64,000 bases of DNA, from NCBI GenBank assembly GCA_963783385.1, contig CAWANJ010000003.1:192001-256000 (forward strand). Direction: 5' to 3'. Both the position numbers and the translations under genes were made by a program. The notes below the pieces were generated by a model that saw only the letters and a list, made by a program, of their open reading frames with translations, did not search any database and was not told where the DNA came from. This stretch comes from an uncultured Gemmatimonadales bacterium. GTDB taxonomy: Bacteria > Gemmatimonadota > Gemmatimonadetes > Palauibacterales > Palauibacteraceae. Below, in pieces: positions 21,066-33,628 of this stretch. Numbering within the stretch: position 1 is the first letter of the stretch; each line of letters begins with the position of its first letter.

Positions 21066-23228
21066 CTAGACGGCGACAGGGGCCGTGAAGGTGTCGCCGG
21101 CCTCCGCCATCCGGACCAGACGCGGGGCGGGCTCGAAACGAGGTCCGACCCGGCCGGCCAGCTCCCGGAGACACTCGACGATCGAGGCCAGGCCCTCGCG
21201 GTCCGCCCAGCGCAGGAGCCCGCCGCGGAACGGGGGGAAGCCCGTGCCCATCACCATGGCCAGGTCCACCGCCGCGGCGCCCTCCACGACCTCCTGTTCG
21301 AGCGCGAAGGCCGCCTCGTTGACCATGATGTACAGGCAGCGATGGCGGATCTCCTCGTCGTCCGGGGGGGTGCCGGCGGGACTGGGGAGGAGGCGCCGGA
21401 GGTCGGAGTCGACCCCCTTCTCGCGCCCGTCCTGGTAGATGTAGAAGCCGAGCCCGTTCTTCCTGCCCAGCCGGCCGTCCTCCAGGAGCCGCTCGATCAC
21501 CCCGGACGGCGTCAGGCGCTCGCCCAGCTCGCGCCCGAGCTCCGAGGCAACGTGGCGCGCCACGTCGAAGCCGACTTCGTCGAGGAGCCGGCAGGGTCCC
21601 ATCGGCATCCCGAAGTCGGCGACCGCATCGTCGAGCCTGCGGACCGGCACGCCCTCCTCGAGCAGGTAGCCGGCCTCGTTGAGGTAGGGGCCCAGGAGGC
21701 GGTTCACCAGGAATCCGGGGGAGTCCCGCACGATGACGGGCTTCTTGTCCATGTCCAGCGCGAAGCCGAACGCGGTGGCCAGGGCCTCGTCCGAGGTCTC
21801 GGGCGTGCGGATCACCTCCACGAGCGGCATGCGGTGGACGGGGTTGAAGAAGTGGAGGCCGACCACGCGCGCCGGACGGGCGGCCCCCGAAGCCAGCTCG
21901 GATACCGACAGTGACGACGTGTTGGTGGCGAACACGGCGCGCTCGGGGAGCGCCGCCTCCGCCTCGCGGAGGACCTGCTTCTTCACGGCCATGCGCTCCA
22001 CGACCGCCTCGATGGCCAGATCCACCTGGCCGAACTCCGCGTAGTCGAGGACTCCCTGGATGCGGGCGAACTTGAGGCCGGCCTCCTCGGCGCCGAACAC
22101 GCCCTTGCTCGCGGCCTTCTCCAGCAGCGAGTGGGCGTGATGGAGCCCCGCATCGAGCGGTCCCTGCTCGATGTCCTTGAGCACGACGTCGACATCCTTC
22201 GAGGCCGCCAGCTCCGCGATGGCCCCGCCCATGACGCCCGCCCCGATCACGCCCACGCGCTCGACCGGGCGCCGCTTATCCCGGACCGCGGCCGGGAGCG
22301 CGTCGCGGGCTCCCGTCGACAGCTGGAAGATGCGGATGAGGTTCTTGCACACCGGGGTGACGGCCAGCTCGCCGAGGGCGCGTGCCTCGATCTCCAGGGC
22401 CTGGTCGATCTGGAGTCCGTGCGTGCGCTCGACGACGTCGAGCGCCACCATGGGCGCCGGATACCGTCCCCCGGTGCGTTTCGCCGTGCGGCCGCGGGCC
22501 ATGGAGAACAGGAGCTTGCGGCCCAGGCCGGTGTCCTCGAGGAGCTTCTCCGTGAAGGACTTCTCGTACACGGACGGCTTCACGCGCCCGGTGATGATCT
22601 GCCGGATGAACGCCCGCACGCCGTCCCGGAACCCGTCCGCGGGCAGCACCCTGTCCACGAGCGCCATGCGCCGCGCCCTGTCGTGCTTCACCGGGGCCCC
22701 CGTCAGGATCACGTTCAGGGCGTTCTGGATGCCACACTGCCTGGGAAGCCGCACCGTGCCCCCGAAGCCGGGCAGGATCCCGAGCTGGGTCTCCGGCAAA
22801 CCGATGCGGGTGGAAGGACGGTCGGAGGCCAGCCGGTAGTCGCACGCCAGGGCGAGCTCCGTGCCACCCCCGAGGCAGGTGCCGTCGATCGCGGCGATCG
22901 TGGGAACGGTGAGCCGCGACACACGGGCGAACACCTTCTGACCCTTACGGCTCTTGGCCGCGGCGTCGTCCACGTCGGTGAGGGCCGCGATCTCGTTCAC
23001 GTCGGCACCGGCGATGAACGAGCCCGGCTTGTCGCTCCACATCACCACGGCGACCAGCTTACCGGTGGCGATGCGTGACTGCAGCTCGGTGATGAGCGCG
23101 TCCAGGCGCTCCATGATCGCGGTCGTGAGGAGGTTGACCTTCGATCCGGGTCGATCGAAGGTCAACCACCCGATGTTGTCGTTGTCGACCGCGAGGGTGA
23201 GACCCTCCTCCTGTAAGTCCTTCGGCAT
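21066..23228 (-). CDS. fadJ: fatty acid oxidation complex alpha subunit (enoyl-CoA hydratase / 3-hydroxyacyl-CoA dehydrogenase)
   Basis: FIAGAD, CLGGGTELALACDYR, GAGVMG, ATNTSSL, HFFNPVHRMPLVE, GFPPFRGG. Confidence 0.93.
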   Translation of the reverse strand: MPKDLQEEGLTLAVDNDNIGWLTFDRPGSKVNLLTTAIMERLDALITELQSRIATGKLVAVVMWSDKPGSFIAGADVNEIAALTDVDDAAAKSRKGQKVFARVSRLTVPTIAAIDGTCLGGGTELALACDYRLASDRPSTRIGLPETQLGILPGFGGTVRLPRQCGIQNALNVILTGAPVKHDRARRMALVDRVLPADGFRDGVRAFIRQIITGRVKPSVYEKSFTEKLLEDTGLGRKLLFSMARGRTAKRTGGRYPAPMVALDVVERTHGLQIDQALEIEARALGELAVTPVCKNLIRIFQLSTGARDALPAAVRDKRRPVERVGVIGAGVMGGAIAELAASKDVDVVLKDIEQGPLDAGLHHAHSLLEKAASKGVFGAEEAGLKFARIQGVLDYAEFGQVDLAIEAVVERMAVKKQVLREAEAALPERAVFATNTSSLSVSELASGAARPARVVGLHFFNPVHRMPLVEVIRTPETSDEALATAFGFALDMDKKPVIVRDSPGFLVNRLLGPYLNEAGYLLEEGVPVRRLDDAVADFGMPMGPCRLLDEVGFDVARHVASELGRELGERLTPSGVIERLLEDGRLGRKNGLGFYIYQDGREKGVDSDLRRLLPSPAGTPPDDEEIRHRCLYIMVNEAAFALEQEVVEGAAAVDLAMVMGTGFPPFRGGLLRWADREGLASIVECLRELAGRVGPRFEPAPRLVRMAEAGDTFTAPVAV

Positions 23229-23983
23229 CACATCTTCAAACGCACCTGGGCGTTCTCACGCGTCAGCTTGAGCGTGTCCGACTTCATCGTGTCGATCCGG
23301 ATGTTCCAGTACAGCTCCTCGAAGGGCAGCGTGTAGCGGGCGTAGACGTACCAGGGGTCCCCCTTGATGTTGCCCGTGGCGTAGCCCTGGGCGTCGGTGG
23401 TGTCCGCCGCGACCTTCTTGCCACGCTGCTTCAGGAGGCTGTCCGCTATGGCCGCGTAGGGTGCGAAAGCCTGATCCTCCCAGCTGTTCTCCACGGCCCG
23501 CATCGAGTCCGAGCGCTCGATGGTGAGCTTCTGGAGGCTGTCGAAGCTCGCGAACAGCCGCTTCTTGCGCTTGTCGAGCGTCGAGACCTCGGCGTCCAGC
23601 GAGTTGAACCGCTTGTAGAGCGGCAGGTACTTGGGGTCCCGGCGGTCGAGCTTCTGAAGCTCCGCGGACAGCTTCTGGAGGCTGTCGCGCTTGTCCGACC
23701 AGACCGTCTCGGCCGCGTGCCACGTCTGGTTGAGGTCGGCGACCTGCTGCTTCTCCGCCTTGAGGTCCTCGGGCACCTGGGGCTGCGGCTCCGACGCGCT
23801 CCTGGTCAGGGCGTCGAAGATCGAGTCCCGGTCGTATGGCAGGAACTCGACCGAGATGTCCTTGGCCGGTGTGGCCACCGAGTCCTGGGCGGACCTGGGG
23901 AGGACCTGGACGGTCACGCTGCGTCCACAAGCCGCGGTCATGGCGGCTGCCGTCAGGAACAGCGGTAGGGCTCGAGCGCGCAT
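23228..23983 (-). CDS. hypothetical lipoprotein with coiled-coil insert
   Basis: lipobox TAAC; GGAGAG RBS; strong codon bias. Confidence 0.75.
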   Translation of the reverse strand: MRARALPLFLTAAAMTAACGRSVTVQVLPRSAQDSVATPAKDISVEFLPYDRDSIFDALTRSASEPQPQVPEDLKAEKQQVADLNQTWHAAETVWSDKRDSLQKLSAELQKLDRRDPKYLPLYKRFNSLDAEVSTLDKRKKRLFASFDSLQKLTIERSDSMRAVENSWEDQAFAPYAAIADSLLKQRGKKVAADTTDAQGYATGNIKGDPWYVYARYTLPFEELYWNIRIDTMKSDTLKLTRENAQVRLKM

Positions 23984-24188
23984 TGACTCTCTCCGGTCTT
24001 GGGAGTACCGCTTTCGAACGGTCGGGTCCCTCCCCGCAGCGCGCCGCGACCCTCCGACACAGGGCGGAGAGCCACCACGGTAGGCGAGCAGACCCGAGAC
24101 GAGGAAGCTAGACCGCCGGAGGCGCCGAATCAACGGCGACGCGGCCGGGGTGGGAGGGAGCGGGGAGGAGGGTGGGGCTCCCGGACGG

Positions 24189-25129
24189 CTATTCGAACAG
24201 GTGGTCGCCGAGCAGGTAGGGACGCGGGTTCACGTGGTGGCCGTTGATGAGGACCTCGTAGTGGAGGTTCGGTCCGGTGGCCAGCCCGGTCTCTCCGACC
24301 CGCGCGATGACCTCGCCGCGCTCGACGTGCTCGCCCTTGTGGACGAGGATCCGGGAAGCGTGCGCGTAGCGAGTTTGGTAACCATACCCGTGGTCGATCT
24401 CGACCATGTTGCCGTAGCCCTCGTCCTTGCCGGCGAACACCACTCGCCCGGGTGCGGCGGCCCGGATGGGGGCGCCCAGCGGCGCCGACAGGTCCAGGCC
24501 CTCGTGCGGACGGTTGTAGAGCAGGATGGGATGGTAGCGGCTGCGGCTGAAGCCGGAGCTGATCCAGGACTCGTCCGCCGGGACGGGCCGGATGGAGGGA
24601 CGGGCCAGCATGACCGCGCGGTGGACGCGCAGGGAATCCGTCGCCTCCGAGAGGCTGGTCGTGAGCAGCCGGGCGCGGCGCAGGAGCACGTCCAGCGTCG
24701 AGGCCACGTCCTCCGTCTCCCCCCCGCCCGCGGGTCCAGCCTGGCCAGCGCCTGGTGCACCGGGTCCGAGACGGGCGGACCTCCGACGCCCACCGCCTGG
24801 ACGTCGGGGTCGAGGAGGGGGAGGCCCGCCGCGAGACGGTAGCGCTCCTCCCGGCTCGAGAAGTCGTCCATGGCCCGGGTCAGCGAGCCCACGCGCCCCT
24901 CGATGTCCCGCAGGCTGACCAGCAGCGTGCGGTTCTCCGAGCGCAGACGGGAGGCCTCGGCGGCCCGCCAGGACGTGCGTACCAGGAAGAACAGGCCCGT
25001 GCCGGCCGCGAGCACGACGAGGAGCGCCGCCGCCAGCAACAGCCGGACGGTCCGCTTCCGGATGCGGAAGTTGCGCGAAACGCCGTCGGCGCTGTGGGGC
25101 AGGATCTGGACGGTCCAGCCTGGCTTCAT
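24189..25129 (-). CDS. M23 family peptidoglycan endopeptidase; frameshift in a G7 run at 24719-24725
   Basis: N-terminal TM plus coiled coil in one frame; HEGLD, YAH, TGPNLHYEV in the next frame. Confidence 0.88.
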
Positions 25130-25191
25130 GCTCACGTCGCGGTTAGAGCCGTGCCCGGATGAAGCTCGAGAAGGATGATGTTCTCCAGCAA

Positions 25192-25311
25192 TCCGTGCAC
25201 CACCGCCGTATACGGACGATCGCAAGCCTATGGGAGCCCCTGTGTTGACGGTTTCATCACCGGGGACTTTGGGCTCCCCGTGCCTGGCCGCGACCTGCAC
25301 CGGTTGCAGGA
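25192..25311 (-). ncRNA. candidate structured RNA in the M23 leader (unclassified)
   Basis: three nested stems: 25192-25205/25301-25311, 25220-25228/25286-25293, 25232-25239/25271-25278; lies downstream of a sigma70 promoter. Confidence 0.45.
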
Positions 25312-25338
25312 CGTGTGAAAAAGGTGCGCAGTGCGAGC

Positions 25339-25367
25339 AGGTTATGTTGCAGGATCGAGGCCGTCAA
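25339..25367 (-). promoter_or_regulatory. sigma70-type promoter TTGACG-N17-TAACCT
   Basis: -35 at 25362-25367 overlaps the metG stop; -10 at 25339-25344. Confidence 0.6.
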
Positions 25368-26890
25368 GCGTCGTCCCGCGGAAACAGGACGGCTCCGCCC
25401 GCCACCCGGGTCAGGCCGGCGGCTCGATCCTCCAGCGCGTCGAAGGACGGGACGGGTCCCTCTCCACCCAGCCGCTCCCAGAGCGTGCGCGACTTCCCCG
25501 GGAGGAAGGGGGTCAGCATGACGGCGGTGGCGGCCAGCGCTCGCAACAGCGAGCCCAGGGAGGCGTCCAGGGCTCCGGGCCCGGCACCCTCGTCCCGCTC
25601 GGCCCGCGCCAGGTCCCACGGCCTGGACCGATCGACGAAGCCGTTCGCCTCGCGGACCAGGTCGAGCGCGGCCTGCGCGCCCCGGTGCAGGAGGAGCGCT
25701 TCCATGGAGGCGTGGTAGTCGGACAGGGCGGCGCGCCGCGCGTCGTCCAGCTCCGTGTCGTCCCCGGCCGGGACGCGGCCCTCCCGGTACTTGCGTACCA
25801 TGGCCACGACCCGGTTCAGGAGGTTGCCGAGGTCGTTGGCGAGCTCGGCGTTGTAGCGCTCGTCGAAGCTCGCCAGCAGCTGGGCCGGTGACCCGAAGTC
25901 GCGGTCGCCGTCCCAGGGCGTCTCGCGCAGCATGAAATAGCGGAACGCGTCGGGCCCGTGACGCTCGACCAGGGCCTCGAGCTCCAGGCGGGCCCCGGCC
26001 GACTTGGAGATCTTGCCGCCCTCGACGCTGACGAAGCCGTGGCCCCACACCGAGCGAGGCAGCTCGATGCCGGCCGACAGGAGCATGGCGGGCCAGATGA
26101 CGCAGTGGAAGCGGGTGATGTCCTTGCCGATCACGTGCAGGTCGGCCGGCCACCACTCGCGGTACGCGTCGTCGGGGAAGCCGACGGCCGACAGGTAGTT
26201 GGTGAGCGCGTCCAGCCACACGTACACGGTGTGGTCCTCGGCCCCCGGGAAGGGGATGCCCCACGGGATCCGGGAGCGGGAGGCCGACACGTCCTCGAGC
26301 CCGCCCTCCAGGAGCCGCACGATCTCGTTGCGGCGGCTCTCGGGACGGATGAAGTCCGGGTGGGCCTCGATGTGCGCGAGCAGGGGATCGCGAAAGCGGG
26401 ACAGCCGGAAGAACCAGTTCTCCTCCTCCGTCCACGCGATCTCGCGGTCCGGGTGCAGCGGACAGCGGCCGTCCGCGAGCTCGTCCTCGGCGCGGAAGGC
26501 CTCGCAGCGCACGCAGTACCAGCCCTCGTACGTCCCCATGTAGAGGTCGCCGGCCTCCCGCACCCGCTCGACCAGCGCCGTGACCGCGCGGGCGTGCCGC
26601 GACTCGGTGGTTCGGATGAAGTCGTCGTAGGAAACGCCGAGGCTGTCCCACACGGCCCGGAAGCGGGCGGCGAGCTCGTCCACGAGCTCGGCCGGCTCGA
26701 TGCCCCGCCGGGCGGCCTCCTGGGGGATGCTCTGCCCGTGCTCGTCCATGCCGATGACGAAATGCACGCGGTCCCCGCGCAGGCGACGGTACCGCGCGAT
26801 GGCGTCCGCGCCGATCTTCTCGAACGCGTGGCCGGCGTGCGGCTCGCCGTTGGCGTAGTCTATGGCGGTGGTGATGTAGAAATGGCCCAT
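25364..26890 (-). CDS. metG: methionine--tRNA ligase (short form, no C-terminal tRNA-binding OB domain)
   Basis: YITTAIDYANG, HAGH, YVWLDAL, IGKDITRFH, KISKS, LANDLGNL. Confidence 0.96.
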   Translation of the reverse strand: MGHFYITTAIDYANGEPHAGHAFEKIGADAIARYRRLRGDRVHFVIGMDEHGQSIPQEAARRGIEPAELVDELAARFRAVWDSLGVSYDDFIRTTESRHARAVTALVERVREAGDLYMGTYEGWYCVRCEAFRAEDELADGRCPLHPDREIAWTEEENWFFRLSRFRDPLLAHIEAHPDFIRPESRRNEIVRLLEGGLEDVSASRSRIPWGIPFPGAEDHTVYVWLDALTNYLSAVGFPDDAYREWWPADLHVIGKDITRFHCVIWPAMLLSAGIELPRSVWGHGFVSVEGGKISKSAGARLELEALVERHGPDAFRYFMLRETPWDGDRDFGSPAQLLASFDERYNAELANDLGNLLNRVVAMVRKYREGRVPAGDDTELDDARRAALSDYHASMEALLLHRGAQAALDLVREANGFVDRSRPWDLARAERDEGAGPGALDASLGSLLRALAATAVMLTPFLPGKSRTLWERLGGEGPVPSFDALEDRAAGLTRVAGGAVLFPRDDA

Positions 26891-27840
26891 CAGCGGCGGT
26901 CGGTCCCCTCCGCCCGCCCGGGATTCCCGGGACGGCCACGGGCCTCGCGCTTGAGCTCCTCGAGCGGCAGGGTGCGTCGCTCTCCGTGATCGTCCTTCAG
27001 GGTCACCGTCTCCTTGAACAGGTTCCAGCCCACGACCGTCTCCTGGCCCCGCGAGGTGCCCAGCGTCTGGCCCTCCCTGGGGAAGCGCTTACGGGCCTGC
27101 AGGTAGGCCTCGTGCTCGTAGTGGAGGCACGACATGAGCCGCCCGCACGCGCCCGAGATCTGGGCCGGATTGAGGGAGAGCCCCTGGTCCTTGGCCAGCT
27201 GGAGCGTGACCGGCTGGATCTCCGGCAGCCAGGCGCGGCAGCACAGCTCCCGCCGGCAGCGCCCTATCCCGCCGAGGCGCCGGGCCTCGTCGCGCACGCC
27301 GATCTGGCGCAGCTCGATCCGGGTGCGGAACTCGCCCGCCATGTCGCGCACCAGGGCCCGGAAGTCCACCCGCTTGTCGGCCGTGAAGTACACGGTGAGC
27401 TTGTTGCGGTCCCACTGCCACTCGGCCTCGCTCGCCTTCATCTTGAGGCCGTGCTTCTCGACCAGTTCGCGAGTGCGCGTCCGCACATCGGCCTCGTGGG
27501 AGCGGAGCTCGAGCAGCCGCTCCACGTCCACGGGCGCCGCCCGGCGCAGGACGCGCCGGGGCGGCGGGATGACGGGCCGATCCCCGGCATGCTCGCATCC
27601 GCCGTCGCAGGTCAGCTCGTCCGCGTGGGCGGCCCGGTGCACCCACCCCAGGTCGCGGCCGCGATCCGCCTCGACGATGACGTGCTCCCCTTCGACGAGG
27701 GGGACCGCCTCGCGAGCGGCGTAGTACTCTCGCCGCAGACCCTTGAACTGGACCTGCACCACCTGTACGTCCCGCTCCGCCGCGACGGGGCGGGGCCCCG
27801 CCGGGCGTGGCGCGACCGGCTCCGGGACGCCGGGGCTCAA
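26890..27840 (-). CDS. ricT: PSP1/RicT (YaaT) family regulatory iron-sulfur protein
   Basis: RVDFRALV, RIELRQIGVRDEA, GRCRRELCC, ISGACGRLMSCLHYE. Confidence 0.9.
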   Translation of the reverse strand: MSPGVPEPVAPRPAGPRPVAAERDVQVVQVQFKGLRREYYAAREAVPLVEGEHVIVEADRGRDLGWVHRAAHADELTCDGGCEHAGDRPVIPPPRRVLRRAAPVDVERLLELRSHEADVRTRTRELVEKHGLKMKASEAEWQWDRNKLTVYFTADKRVDFRALVRDMAGEFRTRIELRQIGVRDEARRLGGIGRCRRELCCRAWLPEIQPVTLQLAKDQGLSLNPAQISGACGRLMSCLHYEHEAYLQARKRFPREGQTLGTSRGQETVVGWNLFKETVTLKDDHGERRTLPLEELKREARGRPGNPGRAEGTDRR

Positions 27841-28787
27841 GCCTCCTCCCAGGCGCCCATCCCGTAGTACTTCTCGCGGCGGAGCCGGACGAGCTCCTCG
27901 GGGTCCAGCGCCGTGAGCTCGTCCAGGTTACGGGCCAGCACCTCGCCGACTGCCGTGGCCGTCTCCGCCGGACCGGTGTGCGCGCCGCCCGGCGGCTCGG
28001 GGATGATCTCGTCGATGACCTCGAGCTCGAGGAGGTCCTGGGCGGTGAGCTTCAGCGCTTCGGCCGCCTGCTCCGCCTGGTCGCGGCTCCGCCACAGGAT
28101 GGCGGCGCATCCCTCGGGCGAGATCACCGAGTAGATGGCGTTCTCCAGCATCAGCACCCGGTCCGCCACCGCGATGCCCAGCGCGCCGCCGCTTCCGCCC
28201 TCCCCGATCACGCAGGTGATGATGGGCGTGCGCAGGCCGGCCATGACGAGGAGGTTGCGGGCGATGGCCTCGGCCTGCCCGCGCTCCTCGGCGCCGATTC
28301 CCGGGTAGGCCCCCTGGGTGTCGACGAAGGTGAGGACGGGGCGGCCGAACTTCTCCGCCAGCTTCATGAGCCGTTGGGCTTTGCGGTAGCCCTCCGGGTG
28401 CGGCGAGCCGAAGTTGCGGGCCAGGTTCTCCTTCATGTCCCGGCCCTTCTGGTGGCCGATCACCATGACGGACCGGCCGCCGAAGGTGGCCCAGCCCCCC
28501 ACGATGGACGGATCGTCCCGATAGTGGCGATCGCCGTGGAGCTCGATCCAGTCGTCGCACAGGCGCTCGATGTAGTCGAGCGTGAACGGTCGCTCCTGGT
28601 GGCGTGCCAGCTTCACCCGGTCGTAGCGGGACAGCTCCGCGAAGGCGTCGGCCTGCTCGGCGTCCAGCTGCTCCTCGAGCCTCTCGATCTGTTCGGACAT
28701 GTCGATCCCCTCGCGGCTCGAGAGCTCTCTCAGCTCCGTGAGCCGTTCGCGCATCTTCTCGAACTTCTCGCTACGCTCGAGCGCCAT
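27837..28787 (-). CDS. accA: acetyl-CoA carboxylase carboxyltransferase alpha subunit
   Basis: LARHQERP, GHQKGRD, RNFGSPHPEGYRKA, GEGGSGGALG, SVISPEGCA. Confidence 0.96.
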   Translation of the reverse strand: MALERSEKFEKMRERLTELRELSSREGIDMSEQIERLEEQLDAEQADAFAELSRYDRVKLARHQERPFTLDYIERLCDDWIELHGDRHYRDDPSIVGGWATFGGRSVMVIGHQKGRDMKENLARNFGSPHPEGYRKAQRLMKLAEKFGRPVLTFVDTQGAYPGIGAEERGQAEAIARNLLVMAGLRTPIITCVIGEGGSGGALGIAVADRVLMLENAIYSVISPEGCAAILWRSRDQAEQAAEALKLTAQDLLELEVIDEIIPEPPGGAHTGPAETATAVGEVLARNLDELTALDPEELVRLRREKYYGMGAWEEA

Positions 28788-28839
28788 CGCCGTGTCCCCG
28801 TTTCCGTCTTCTCTCCGGGCCCATACCGATCCGCGCGTC

Positions 28840-32304
<3,465 letters not shown>

Positions 32305-32362
32305 GTCACTGCCTGTGGCGTCCGCGGCTTCCCGGCGGCAGGGTCCCGGACGCCGGCGGCTC

Positions 32363-33379
32363 TCAGCCGCCGGCGCCGCAGGAGAAGGAATCCAGGATGT
32401 CGCGGACCTGGATCACGTACTGGTACTTGCTCTTGCCCGGGGCATACACCCAGCCGTCCAGGAAGTAGGTCCGGTCGGGGCACTGGACGAGGCGAGCGAT
32501 GAAGGGGCCTCCGGCGGGGTAGCCGGTGCCGACGTCGTGCCACGCACCGGTGGCCTCCAGCGCCGGGCGTCCGTGCTGTTCGATGCGCGCGGCCATGCCC
32601 CCGGTGGTGTCGATCGCCTGGGGCACCCCGTAATAAACGGTGTCGACCGCGCGACGCCAGTCGTAGGCCGCCGCCGCCGTCAGCGTGTCCACGGAGGGAC
32701 GCCAGGCGACGAGCACGGACCGGATGAGCTCAGAGGGGTCAGGGTTGTCGTTGACCAGCACGACCACGCTGTCCGTCAGCGTGTCCACCCGGAAGACGCT
32801 CGGAAACCGGATGCGGAAGCCCAACGCCTGCAGGAGCCTCGCCTCGTTCGCCGTGTCTTCCCCGCTCACGTACATGCTCAGGTGCACGTAGGAGCGGTAC
32901 TCGGCGTCGACCAGCGAGTCGAGCTCGGGCAGCTGCGCCTTCCAGCTTCCCGCCTCGTCCGTCGGGTCCAGGATGACGGCCGTGGCCAGCTGATCGGTGG
33001 CCCACACGTCCCGGGCCTGTATCACCGAAGGTGCCGTGGGCGGCTTCCCGGTCGCGGACGCGATCTTGCGCACCAGGCCGTTGTCGGGCGTGCCGAACAC
33101 GACCACCTGCCGGAACAGCTTGAGCTGGGCCACCTGGGAGTCGGCCGTGTCGGCCTGCTCGACATAGAACTTCTGCTCCGCGCGCACCGTGAACACGGTC
33201 GGCTCGAGGGCCGCTCGCGTGGTATCCTCGAGCTGCTTCCACAGCGAGTCGTTGGCGGTGAGCACGACCAGGGTGTCGACCTTGCCCATCGCGGGGGACT
33301 TGCCGCACCCCGCTGTCCCGAGGCCGGCGGCTAGGACCGCGACCACCAGGCCTGGATGGGGGAGGATGGGACGTTTCAA
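32363..33379 (-). CDS. DUF4837-like lipoprotein (start approximate, TTG)
   Basis: lipobox TAGC; ARDVWATDQ, GGPFIAR, YAPGKSKYQY. Confidence 0.7.
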   Translation of the reverse strand: MKRPILPHPGLVVAVLAAGLGTAGCGKSPAMGKVDTLVVLTANDSLWKQLEDTTRAALEPTVFTVRAEQKFYVEQADTADSQVAQLKLFRQVVVFGTPDNGLVRKIASATGKPPTAPSVIQARDVWATDQLATAVILDPTDEAGSWKAQLPELDSLVDAEYRSYVHLSMYVSGEDTANEARLLQALGFRIRFPSVFRVDTLTDSVVVLVNDNPDPSELIRSVLVAWRPSVDTLTAAAAYDWRRAVDTVYYGVPQAIDTTGGMAARIEQHGRPALEATGAWHDVGTGYPAGGPFIARLVQCPDRTYFLDGWVYAPGKSKYQYVIQVRDILDSFSCGAGG

Positions 33380-33628
33380 GGTCGCTCCAGGGGCCGGGTT
33401 CACGCTGATCGCGGGGCGGGAATGCAACCCCCGCGCCGGTCCCGCAAGGTACGAATCGGCGCGACCCGCAGCAACGGGCCGCGGCCTGCCCGGAGGGCCC
33501 CTCGACGACCTCGCTTCGGCCCCCGAGAACATCGCCTTCGGGTCCGGGTAGGAGGACGACCCACAGCGCTCGACGGAGGGCGCTCCGGGCCTTTCATCTT
33601 CCGATGCCATAGGGAGTTTCGTACGGTC

